Notes under the pieces: model-generated | What the model was told of the DNA's origin: nothing | The model's input: the letters and a program-made list of their open reading frames with translations, nothing else | The model's database searches: none | Translations under genes and position numbers: made by a program | In this document: piece by piece, positions 13,273 through 25,345 of the stretch | Position numbering within the stretch: the first letter of the stretch is position 1 | Layout of the letters: every line of letters starts with the position of its first letter | Source: Marsupella aquatica | Taxonomy: Eukaryota; Plantae; Marchantiophyta | NCBI GenBank assembly: GCA_973895155.1 | Contig: OZ316896.1 | Location: 21,967,722-22,031,721 of the forward strand | Length of the DNA: 64,000 bases | Reading direction: 5' to 3'

Positions 13273-16200
13273 ATGATAGACCCGGTGTCCATTTTATCGA
13301 TGCCAATGGCAAAGATGATAGCCCTAGTGGACATGTTGTTGACGCTACCAGAATTGGTTGTAGCTGTTGTCGGAGGAGTGCTTCTACTGTGGGTGCTTAA
13401 AGTTAGGTCGAACTGGCGTAGAACAGGCACGAAGATCCAGGCTCGGCTTCCGCCAGGCTCGTTCGGGTGGCCAATTGTCGGGGAATCACTCGATTTTGCC
13501 CGAAATCCGGAAACGTTTGCTACTTCTCACCACAAGAGGTGCCAGTTATTTTTCAGATCCATCCTAGCTCTTCCATTAGTTTTAATCGATCGATCTATTT
13601 CAGTCTGCTGCATGCCCACGTAAATCCGGCCAAGAAAATCTTCCCTTCACTTAATGCCCGATAACTGATGAAGATAAACCCATTGAGCGAGCTAGTTTCC
13701 CTCTAAGCATTAATCAGAGAAGAAACGCCATTTGTTTTGCCTTGCCAAATGGCCCCCACCAAGTCTAGGTCCTATGGATGGTACATGTTGGCATTCATGG
13801 GACTAGGTACTCCTACTCAAACATCTCCTTCTATGGATAGGCCTGCGTGTGCAGCATAAAGTTTATCCGTGATCGATCGATTAGAAACGATCAGCGTTTC
13901 CTAGATTATATTCAAAACGCTTGAACGATTTTATTGATGAGACTGACTGAGTGACTCACCGATGATTGTATGCAGATATGGAAGCTTGTTCAAGTCCAAT
14001 CTATTTCTAAAGCAGGCAATACTAGGAACGACACCCGACTTCGCGAGATTCGTCTGCAACAATACCCATCTCTTCATAATGGAAGCGCCAGCAAATGTCA
14101 GAAACCTTGGAGCCAAGTCATTTGTCGTCAAAGATGGTCCAACGCACATGTCTGTCAAGAAGGTCCTCCAAAAGTCCCTGCTTCCAGAAGCACTCCGAAG
14201 TCAGGTCGAAATGCTGGAGACCATTGTTCTCCAGAATATGGCAACCTGGGGGCATTCTGGGACTGTTGTTGGACGAGATGTGATGCGAAGGGTAGGCCCT
14301 CAAGCTCCGTTACTTCAACATTCATTTTACGTATATATTATGTTCGATCACTTTCTTCTAACCATTGCACAAAACTGTCCATGTTGCTGTAAATTTGACT
14401 TACGGCAGGTACGTTTTCAGGGCCCGATCTGTTTAGGCGTCCTTTTAAGTGTTAAGAGATTCAGAAGCATTTCAATCTCAGCAGACTGATTGCATGTTTT
14501 GCATTTGACAAGATTACTTTGGAGACGGCCGCGTACCTCCTCTTCGGAGTTCAGAATATCGGCAGCACACCCGCAGGAAATTTCTGCATTAAAAACTTGG
14601 AGTTGCTCGGTCAGGCACTATTCACTTTTCCACTGAACTTTCCCGGATCTGCTTTGAACAAAGCCTATAAGGTACGCACGCCATTCAATTCCATACCGAT
14701 TGCATAAATAGGTCCCCCCCTCATGTTTAGGGTCTATTGTTGATAATTGTTGGCTGACAGATCTGAACTTAAGAACTGCATGTGACCCTAGCTAGGTAGC
14801 TTCTCGATCCATGCCAAGCTACATTTGATTGAGCAAACATGATCGATTACTTGTCGATCATGTTTTCCGCAGTTTAATTGCCTGAGCTGACAAGAATCTC
14901 TTATCAGCTTTCGATAGGATAATATTGTTATTTTCTGATGAACTGATAGGAAAATATGCGTGATTTGAGTGATTGATTATTGCGCAGCCAGCAATACTTT
15001 AATAGATAATTTAAGTTACATCGATTAGTTTAATAGCTGTGATGCACACCAGGAGTTTTGCTTTGTCAGCAGTTTGGTCAAGTGACGGGTGAACGTGAAA
15101 CGCAAACTAGGAAACTGTACGTATCATCCGCTTGGATATTCCTGCAAAACTTCTAGGCGATCTGACTGCCGCCTCTCCGAACGTAAAAGCGACAAACTTC
15201 GCTCGAAGTTCCTCTACAGAGTCTGTTTGAGCGTGTGACTTACGTAGCGGTGTATATATGCCTTGGAAGCATATACTGTACGTATAGTTTGGGGGATCCA
15301 TGCATTGGATAGTTGTCTTGTTTCCTACACTTTCCAGTTCCTTGGACCAAAGCTGTCGCTCTTGGGCGGGGATCAATAAAGTGGTTTTGTTTAGAAATGA
15401 TTAAAAATTCGCATGATATTCATGTATAGAACCCAGACAAAATTATATGCAAAACTTTATTAGTATATGAATTAATTAAGAGCTAAATAGAAATCGAATG
15501 GAAGAGCAAATTTAGATCTGTGAGACAAATATATCCCAAATGTACGTACAAGATAGCTCAATTTGGTAACTATCTTGGGGATATTTCATCTGGCTGCGCG
15601 TGTAGAGATCTATTGTAGAAATGATTGACTGGAAATAGAACCACAACATCCATTGTGGATATGATTGTTCAAAATAGAGAGAACTATAGAACTGAGTTCT
15701 GGATTACAAATAAGAATCGATGTCAAAGACAACTGCCAGTCGGTCAATAGCGAGAGCTCACTCATTCCATATATGCAATCCACTTATATGGTGGGATCAG
15801 TTTTCAGCGAGTAAATTCAGGGCCCTCCATTTTTTACACCCTCAGATCTTGATGACGATCGATTCACATCTTTCTATTGATCCATGTCTATATATATATG
15901 ATCAGACAAAATCGTATGCCTGATTTGATCAGTCGCAGCGAGGAATTCAGGAAGCTGCATTTCCTGATATATATATATATATATATATAGGAAGCTGACA
16001 ATTTGTACGTTGTACCTGTGCACCATGCAGGCAAAGGAAGGTCTGAATTCGTTTATTAAGGATCTCTTAGAAGAGAGGAGGGGCCGAGAGAACACCTGGA
16101 CCGACATGTTGGGAACTCTGTTAGCAGCTAAGGACGATCCTAATGCTCCAGAAGATGTGCAGAATATTGAGGAGGACGCAGTACTTGACAATCTTGTAGG

Positions 16201-18117
16201 AATGTGGTTCGGTTTCTATGAAACCACCTCCACGACTCTTACATGGATCCTGAAGTTTCTCGCCGAGAATCCGGAGGTTTCTCGACGTATTCAGGTATTC
16301 GATGATCTGTTGGAACTCCTCAAGGATCATTTTGAGTCTCGATTTCAGTCCTTTTGATGTTATCAGTGCAGATTGAGCATCATTCACTCTAATCAATCCG
16401 ACCAGATCCACTGGAATGATCGGTGTCATTTTTATCAGAATGAGCCCCTGCATGTCGTTATGTGAGCATCCCAGTACTGCTAAAGTTATCTCAGTCTTGA
16501 AGACGCGCGGGCAAACGACTCGATGACATTCATCCTAAACTCAGACTCTTATTGTGTATGTTTAATCTGGCCTGGCTCGCAGGCAGAGCAAGAAGAGATC
16601 CTGAAAGGCAAAGACCACTCAGTCAACGGGCCCAGGCTTGATTGGAACGATATAAAAAAAATGGTTTACACACAAAAGGTACATGACATCCATGAATCTC
16701 GGAACAAAAACCCTCATCAGCTGATCTGCTGACTAACGTCGTTCTTTCCATCTTCCCGGTCACATGCGCTTACAATATTTGAGTCGTCCTTTCCCCAGTA
16801 AGTTGTTATAGGTGACATTACCTGACGTTGTCTGGAGTTTGTTGACGCAGTTTTTTAAGGAGTTACAAAGGATAATCTCACTCGGCGTTATAGTGCCAAG
16901 AACGGCAACTCAAGACGTTGAGTACAACGGTGAGCAAAGATTCATAATGCTCTGTGGTGCCATTTTACCAAGCATTCCGTTGATAGTTCAATGTGTCCTG
17001 GTGAACGGATCGAATGAATGGTAGTAGATCTGAGAATTGGTCCCGAGATTGACTCTGGACCCCCCTGTACCTATCTATAAACTAGATCATAGCTTGGTCT
17101 GACGCCGAAAATGTGGATGGATCAACTTCAACTTTAATGTCAGCATTAACGTCAAATATATTTAGATTGACGGGTAGATTGAATGTACTAGCTGCGCTGA
17201 TCACATTGATTGATTTCCTCCATAAATCTGCATGCAGGTTACCTTATACCAAAGGGGTGGGCAGTATTTCCAATGCTCAATTTCATTCACTCGGATCCTG
17301 ACATATATCCTGATCCAAAGACTTTTAATCCCGATCGTTTCGATGTAAGTCAACTTTTGTCAACAGTCATCAGGCAGGCTTAATTTTGTTCTCCTTCAAT
17401 ATATTGCTAGAGGTGACGGTAATTTTATCATTTTCTTTTCAGTTGAAGAATCATCTTTTGACAGCTGATGCCCGCATTTCAGGACCCGCCCAAACCCTAC
17501 ACTTATCTACCATTCAGCTCAGGACCTCATATGTGCCCGGGGGTTGAAATTGCAAAGCTGATTTCGTTCATCTTGATCCACCATCTCACTACGTCCTACA
17601 TGTAAGTGGAATTAGTTTTTTTACTTCAAATTGTAAGTTAGCAGCTGAGAAGACATCGCAAGGAGATCTGAATGACTGAATTCTTGACTTGGAACTTTGA
17701 TTTTCCACTCCCTACACCACTCTGGAATTCGAGGACCTGCCGGACCTCAAATCGATACTACCCCTCATGTTTACCATAGCTCCTCATCGGAATGAGAAGG
17801 ACGAAGGGCAACACTGCTTTCTTTGAATAATTTTGTTATCATTGAGGGCGCGCTTTATGCAATGTTAGCTAAAGCCCCAACTTACCCCAAGGCAGGGGCT
17901 TACAATCTTACACCCCTGTTCCCATCGGGCTTGCTCCAGGTTAGTGTGCTTGGGGCAACAGCTTTATCTTTTATGTTTGAAAGTTTGACATTAATTTGCA
18001 TTGTTGCGTGGGAATCTGTCCAGATTCAGGAGGGCAGGACCTGATCAAGGAATAGAGCGCAGACCTTTTCCAATTCCAAGTGGGGGTTACCCAATCAACA
18101 TTTGCCGACGGAACTGA
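13273..18117 (+). CDS. Cytochrome P450, CYP85 clan (CYP707/CYP716-like), 9 exons (13273-13538, 13976-14291, 14513-14671, 16031-16294, 16583-16678, 16851-16929, 17238-17344, 17483-17601, 18024-18117)
   Basis: N-terminal anchor then LPPGSFGWPIVGES; I-helix GFYETT; ExxR as ELQR; YLIPKGW; FNPDRF; heme motif PFSSGPHMCPG. All junctions are GT-AG and in phase. Start could be a slightly later in-frame ATG. Confidence 0.92.
15967..15989. repeat. (TA)n microsatellite in P450 intron 3
   Basis: Run of AT dinucleotides. Confidence 0.9.
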
Positions 18118-19579
18118 TTCTTTTTAATTAAGTGAGAGTGATAATACATCCTGGAATTAGGTGGGCTTCTGGTTGATCAAAGTTGAAGGAGGATTGAAGC
18201 CAGTCACTATTTTCCCCTGACCGGATAGACTTCGATTCCAGTAGCTTAAATTCCAGGGTATCGATTTTTTTCAATGTTCATCACTTGAATATATAGGGGT
18301 GCAAGAGTTTTATCCGCGTCTACTTCTCCCTAGCATTCATTTGGATCTTGAGTTGCCGATTGGATAGCAGAAACTCGGTCCCATAAGATGTACACATATA
18401 GCGTTATTTTTCCTTCCAAATTTGAATAAAAGTTGTTTCCGATTATCTACACACTGTCTAAGTATATTTATTTTGCTTCCCTTGCAAAATGAGTTGAATC
18501 AAAATATCAAATGACTCCTTATGTTTGATGGCCATCGAGAACTTCTCGGAGACCACGCCTCATAAGATCTTCTGTTCCTTGTCGAGACCTGCAATGATGA
18601 CACTTTTCATTCGTTTGTCTGTTGATCCCCCACAAGCCTGACTCTGTCAACTAACTGACCTGCACATTAATTCCGGGTTGCCTTAGTTACCGATTTGATA
18701 TATGGAGGACTAGTCCATGTCGAGACAATTTCTATAGCCTGAGCTTACGTAGTGTTTTGTCCTGTTAAATGTTAAAGCTTCGAACCCGCCACTCGGGGCT
18801 TGCACAAGTTCCAAAGGTGGACATGGTATTACTATTATTACTGTTTCCAATTAAGTCCAGTAGTGGTTGTGTGAATGCTTTCAGGACCATCACAAGTCAG
18901 AGTGGAGATGGACATTGCCCATTACCTGTACGTTTGTAAATTCTTCATTATCAGATCTTGGAAATTTTGAAATCGAGCCAGTTCATTTGAAAGATTGCAT
19001 GGCGCGCATGCAGCTCCCCGATAATGGTTCCATTTATGATCAACTAAAGAACAAATGAATGCTTTCACATCTCTAACTTCACCTAGAAGTAAGAAGTGAT
19101 CTCAAGTAGCTAGTAGACAAATCTTTAAGTCTACGCGACCGTGTGATTGATAAAGTTAATAAGCATCATTTGCTCTACATTCGTACCAAATGATAGTCGT
19201 CCCGCCTGCCTTTCCAGAAATAGGTTCAATCCAAAGAAATTCTGACTCCAAGACGTAGATACCAAAGTTTCCCATGAGTCAGATCGAGCAAGGAAATGTG
19301 CATAACTTGGCGTAACCGATGGATCGAACGCCATTCCCGATCATTAATGTATTGGGTTTCTCAACGTACGCCAATTGCGGTGAAACATGTGATGACAGAA
19401 TTGAGAAGACTCTCACAGGAAGGTAGCTCAGCACTTCTCCGAAACGACTACAATCATTGGTTAGAGATAGTATATCCTTACAGAATCGAATTGTCTCATC
19501 TACAACAGGAATAAAAGGACTCGATCGAGGCTTGACTAGTAATCCGGGGACAAAGGCAGGGTTATTGGCGTGAACATCA

Positions 19580-20030
19580 ATCTATGATGATCGAGCTAAC
19601 TTCTATCCTGGTCCGAAAGGGGGTAGTAATCTAGTCCATTACTATTGACTTACCCTATTCAGTTGTCTTCATGCTTTCCGTGTCGTGTCCACTTCGTTAA
19701 ATGACAAGGAGATCCTGTAGTTCGTCCTCCTTCAATCCTGTCAAAAGTCTGTCAAAAAGGAGTAATACTTGACGTTCCCTCGTCGGATCTGGGACCGTGG
19801 CAAGCTATGAAATGGTAATCCCTTCTAGCAGGTAACAGGAGAGGCCATGTCACCTCGAACGGCGTGCAAGGGGCTATAATTGCCCATCTCTAATCTGAAG
19901 ATCTTCTATGAGATGTCCTCCCGGTGCTCTTTCCAAAAACATGACTGTGTGAGTGTATGTGTTTACTTGGATCACTCGACCTCATGTAGGGATCTGGCAT
20001 CAGAAGCTTTACTTTAAATCAATGGTGAAG
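19580..20030 (-). pseudogene. Second decayed copy of the INTS9 terminal exon, cut by the CRE element
   Basis: Similar to ~42700-43090: ttctatcctgg; aatcctgtcaa; tcggatctgggaccgtggcaagctatgaaatggtaatcccttctagcagg vs tcggatctggtaccttggcaagctatggaaaggtagtcccttgtagcaag; tgcccatctctaatctgaagatc. Confidence 0.8.
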
Positions 20031-20061
20031 TGGTAAATCAATGGTGAAGTGACTGAAGTGG

Positions 20062-23000
20062 TATAATACATACTTTTTACAGAAAAAGGCCAAATAGAGT
20101 ACAAAAGAATAAACAAGAGAGGTCCCAAGTGGACAAAACCAAACGAAAAAGAAGTGAGCAAGAGGAAACCCTAAAAACCAAGAAAGAGGAACTAAAAGAA
20201 GTGAGCAAAAGGAAACCCCTAAAAACCAAGAAAGAGAAACTAAAACTACCGCAAATGGACCGAGGTCCTCATCATACCTAGCAAATGTGGCAACAAGCTA
20301 GTGGTCTACATCAAGTGTCGAAACTAGATCGGCAAGTGGGACAGGAATGTCCTCTACGGGGGCTAGCCGTTGCGGAGTCACACTAGCACCCACTGTCAAA
20401 GATCGACGATAGACGGCCCGAGCTTGAGCACGCTGTAAAGTGACTGAAATGCGTTGGCAAAAGTGCGTGGTCAAAACAGATAGCGGGGGCCCGGTGGGAC
20501 CCATCCGGCCATGAACATCCCGAGCAGCTTGGCGAAGAAGCCCGTCGAACTGATGATGGAGACGCCCAAATATCTCAAGAGCAAGGGGCAGGAAGCTATC
20601 AGATGAAGCTCGTGCAGCATATTTGGCCTCCTTCGTTGTTGCTGCTCGTGATGCTGCTGCCCCTGCCGTTGTTGCCGCTGTCCCAATGATGTCTTGGCGC
20701 AATGGGTTTGCCACCACTACATCTGCCAAAGTACGGTGACCGTCACGGACCATGGTAAGATCCACCCGTAACCGCTGTGATGGAGGACCAGGTAACTCGA
20801 GCACCATCTCCCGCCGCACGCAGACCAAAGAGCCAGAGAGAACCTGAGCAGTCGCATCTCTCACAGCGTCGTGAACAAAAATGGTTTCGCCACCCAAACT
20901 GCATCGAAGAAGATGGACACCTGTGGCATCACAAGGCTTCCCACAAGTGCAAGTAGGAGGTAAACCAGCAAGAAGTGGGTGGGGCAAGCCCATACGAAGA
21001 CGCATGGCTGTCGCAAACTCCGCTGAAGACATCCGCAAGTGAGGAATGACTGGATTGGCCTGAAGCCAGCCTCCTGCGCCCTTCCCTCCGGAAGAAAGAA
21101 TCCAAGCTCGGTCCGTGTCAGGTGCCTCAGTGAGGATGCTGGAAAGGGTGAAAGCGTGCATACGCCCAGCAAGGTCTGCCTGAAGACGGACGGGGTCCAA
21201 GGATAAAAACTCCTGGAATGAAGGTAACGCAGCTCGAACAGGATCGGGTAATGATGACCGCGCCGTGCGCAAATGAACCTGAAATGGGAGGGAACCCTCC
21301 TCGACCTCCATGAGAGACGAAAGTAAAAAAGGTCGATCCTCAGTAAGGAAACGATCTGCCAACAATGAGAAGGCGGCCGCCCACGCGCCCAAGAAGGCCA
21401 AAGGTGCAAGGCGCTCAGTGGAAGTAAGCCCAAAACCACCGTGAGAAATAGGAAGACTGAGCTGTCGATGAAGCCACGGAGATGAGAGCAAAGTACCTGG
21501 CCCTAAAAGAGAGGCCAAAGTCTCACGAATGGAGACATCAAACGCTCGGAGGTGTAGATAAAGATCCTCGGTAGGGGGATGCGTCCGAGCCAAATAGGAC
21601 GCACGAGGGTGGATGCATCTCAACAACAACCCAAATGCTGCCTGAGAGTCTGCTAACTTAGGGAGCATAGGAGTAGGGGCTAAGGCAGCCTGGAGAGCGT
21701 CAGCAATGAAAGATGAGCAAAAGGAGGCGGTACCGACTGGGGAGCCAAGGACCCGAAGACCGTCGGCTGGACGTAAGAACCCAGGGGGAAGCGCAAGATC
21801 AGAGGGTAACCCAGCTGGACTCCATGCACGACTCTTCACCGGCTGAACTCGTAAATCGAGGCCCAACAAATGGGTGGAAAGGGTGGCGAGGGCAGAAGTA
21901 AAAGCAACAGGTGGACCAATGATGTGGGTGTCATCTGAAAGGGCTAGGGAGGGGAAGATACACTGGGGGTGGGCCGCGGAGGCTTCCCGTAAAGCAGTAA
22001 AATGGGCAATGGCAAAAAGAGGCCCACCCAAAGGGTCACCCTGACGTGTACCTTCTGCAGAAGAAAGAGTAGTATACACTCCTGTAGAGGTGTGATGACT
22101 ATAGAAGAGGGGGGCCTCGAACCCATAAAAACAACGGACAAAGGGGATAAGGGACTGGATGTCTGGATCCGCTGCCCTCAAAGCATGAAAAATTGCTACC
22201 CGAGAAACCGTATTGAAAGCATTGGAGACATCAACCTGGAGGACAACCCAATCAGGGTGGAGGTCCAAGGTAGTACGAATACCCGCAATAACTGTCTCAC
22301 AACCGCCAGGAACGCCCACTGCAAACTGATGTGGAGAGAGATGGTCCGATAGTGCAGAGCGATACTGCGATGAAAGTGTGCGAGACACCAGACGAAGAAA
22401 ACCCTCTCCAATAGCTATGGGCCGAACACCCGGTGAAGACTTAGCCATGGCCAATAAACGAGAAGCACTCAAAAGCCGAGAGACGGCAGGAGGCAAACGG
22501 CCGGCAGCAATACACTGGCAAAAGGAGAAGAAAACTGGAAAACCAGACTGAGGATCCTCAGGGGGGAATAAATCACGAAAATGCTCAAAGACATAGCCAA
22601 AGGGGCCACCAGCCGCGCAACGCGGAGCATGGAGGAAAGCATAGGTGAAGTGGTCCCTACTAAATTGAAGATCCTCCTCAGGCTCAAAATCCTCCACGAA
22701 CAAAGGGAGCTGATCATAGGGCTGCGGATGGAGATCCTGAAGGGCCGTCAAGGTGACCTCGCCAGGGGGGGCTGGTGTGGTGGGAGAAAGGGCCTAGACC
22801 GCACGGCGATATTCACCAGCCTGGGCTAAACGACAAGAGCGACGAAGACGTCTATGCTCTGGAGGATGAGAGTGGCAAGCTGGGTCAGACAAAGCACGGG
22901 TAGTAAAGGAACGGGCCCGAAGAAAGTACTCTTCCTGAAGCTGTTCCCAATCTCCCCGCAGAAAACGATGGATACGAGAGGCAGTCTCACGATGACCCAC

Positions 23001-24629
23001 GCGACCACCGTGACTAGGGAGGGTACTAAGAGTCCACTGTGGAAAAAGCATGAGTAAAGACCAATAGGAGACCTCGATAGGATGCGCCAAGATAAGCTGC
23101 ATGAGTTGCAACAAGGATGACCGAACTAATGGGCGCAACGCTAGTGGGATGTGGTTATAAAGGCAAGGTCTAATGTACCCTGGATGGTAGGCTGGAAGGG
23201 GGTCTAGAGAGCGAACCCAACTCCATGCCTGCTTGGAAGCCTCCAAGGAAGGAGGGGCAGAGCTAACTGGGTCAAGAGGGGGCTGGGGCTGGGATTGTGC
23301 TTGCTGGCGACGTTGGCACCGGCCCCGCCCACGGTGATGAGGAAGGGAGAGGCCAACCCAGCCACACTCAGGACAAGTATGCAGGGGACGCTCGTCTGGG
23401 GAGGGAGCAGGGAACGACTGGACAGGAGGTGGGGGGGAACCGACGTGGATGAAGAGGCCGGAGGGGGATGCTGGAGGGGTGGAGGGGGAATGGGGTGGGG
23501 AGAGGAGCCAGGGCGTCGATGGGGTGGGCAGTAGACTGGGGGGACTGGCAGAGCATCGGGCATGGGGTCATCACGAAGATGAGAGAGATCCAATGAAGAA
23601 GAGCAAACACAAAGGCGACCACGAGGCGGGGGGAGGAGGGGGTAGAACTGTGTGGGGGGGCTGGGCGCTTGCCCCGCGCCAACACTCTCAACGTAGACAT
23701 GACAGGTCGCAACCCGATAAAAGCAAAAGCGCATCAAGAAGCGACAAAAGGCCCAACCAAGACATGTGAAAAGAAAGGGAAGGCTATGGAGAGAGCCCAC
23801 CGTCAAAATCTGAGAAACGGCGCCACCGCTAGCCTAGAAAACCGTTGAGCACGTGCAGGCACAGCCGGGAACAAAGCTGGAGCACTCGTCGATGTGTCCG
23901 TTGAGGAGTCGGTGCGAGTGAATATCTCTCCGCTGATTTGAGCGTGCTGCTACAGCTCCCGAAGATGGTGCAATGCAAACTGGTCCACTAAACTTGGCAA
24001 AAGCCACCTTGTCAAAACTGAAGAAGAAAGGCAACCACCAATCGGAGGAGAAACGTGGCAATACAGAATGCTCCAAAGCTGATCAAGGGAAACCGTCACC
24101 AAAAATGGAGGAGTAAATCAGAATCGTAATCGGAGCCGAAAGTGGTTGATATGTCACCAAAAGGACCGCGGTAGGGATAGATGTTGCACTCCCGGACAAG
24201 AGCTGGCCAAATCACATGAGAATGTCGGATTCCGTGAACGAGGAACTGCTACAGGACCCCAAAGCTAATTGAAAGTGAGAACGGTGGAAATTGAAGAAAA
24301 AACGTGAGAGCTAATCAAAGTCCAATCGGGGCAATAGGAGACCAATTGGACCGCTCTTGGGATCAATCTGATGCGCCCGGAGAAGAGCTATACAAAGCAC
24401 TTGAGAAATCTGAAATCCGTGAAAGATTGACCAAGATATGACCGTCGAAAGGAAGACAAAAATCGCAGAAAAATGACTGAAAAAGGGCGAAAACGAATGT
24501 GACCATAAGTATGTCGATACGGCACCGTTTTGGACATGTTTTATATTGATTTGATGCGCCTCGGCAAGAGCAAGCTAATGCAACTGAGAAAACTGGATTC
24601 CAAGAAAAATTGAGTGCGGGAGGGTAGTC
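20062..24629 (-). mobile_element. CRE-clade non-LTR retrotransposon (RT plus C-terminal restriction-like endonuclease), near full length, probably inactive
   Basis: RT motifs GVRPIAIGE, HQFAVG, DVSNAFN, GTRQGDPLGG, LSDD; CTCG..HLLRC knuckle; VHD..RVD..D..KEAKY..PLALE.FG RLE signature; no APE domain. Flanked by GAAGTGG at 20055-20061 and 24630-24636. The 5' boundary is inferred from that short repeat. Confidence 0.85.
20298..23570 (-). pseudogene. Single ORF of the CRE element (Pro-rich region, Zn finger, RT, CCHC, RLE), disrupted
   Basis: Frame PDERPLHTCPECGWVGLSLPHH..RC runs into ORF 22794-23246, then a TAG and a 1-nt frameshift near 22790 precede the 817-aa ORF 20298-22751. Repaired junction reads RAVQALSPTTPAPPGEVTLTALQDLHP. 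Confidence 0.8.
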
Positions 24630-24801
24630 GAAGTGGCGCAAAAACTGTGCTACAGTCTGAACTCCATAGCCAGGAGCTCAAAGACCTAAGACCTAACTAT
24701 CCCCAAGTTGCCGTCAATCTCCACTGCACAAATTGTGAAATATACATCACACTGCACAAAGGCAGAAAACGCGGAACCGGGAGACATGAAACTAAGGAAA
24801 A

Positions 24802-25345
24802 GTGATGACTAATTGTAAAAGCAAAAACAGGAGATCTGAAATTCTTGCACATACACAAATTTATTCATGACACTCTGGTTGAGATCGTTGGGCAGGGGTT
24901 GTGAACTCAAAGTTGTCTCATTATACTCCAGCAAAACTGCCACTGACTTTGAGCAAATTAAAGCCCATTTGTCAGTTTCACCCCCCAATCTTTCAGTCCT
25001 GAGTATTCAACAGAGAGACTACCGTCTACTCACCCTGGATCTGTGAATGGTAAAATGAATGGTAAAATGAAAGGTGATCGCTAATTGTTAAAAGCAAAAA
25101 AGGTGATATGAAATTCTTGCACAGACACAAATTTATTCATGACCCTCTGGTTGAGATCATGTGTGTTGGCAGTGTCATGGACTCAAACTTGTCTCATTTT
25201 GGTTGTCTCATTCTACTCCAGTATAGCTGCCAATGAATGAGTTTGAGAAAATCAAAACCCACATGTCAATTTCATCCCCCATTTTTCAAATCTTGTGTAA
25301 TCCAAGTGAGAGACAACCCTCAACTCACCCTGAATCCGTGCCTAA
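24802..25345. repeat. Two diverged tandem copies of a ~270-bp unit
   Basis: ctaattgt..aaaagcaaaaa..gaaattcttgcac..acacaaatttattcatga..ctctggttgagatc at ~24810 and ~25081. Confidence 0.85.

Noticed and set aside
726-18117. CASP-like plus P450 as a biosynthetic cluster
   Set aside because: 11 kb apart with TEs and relics between; no other pathway enzymes in the window.
20471-23769. Overlapping alternative-frame and antisense ORFs within the CRE element
   Set aside because: Shadow ORFs of GC-rich coding sequence with no independent motifs.
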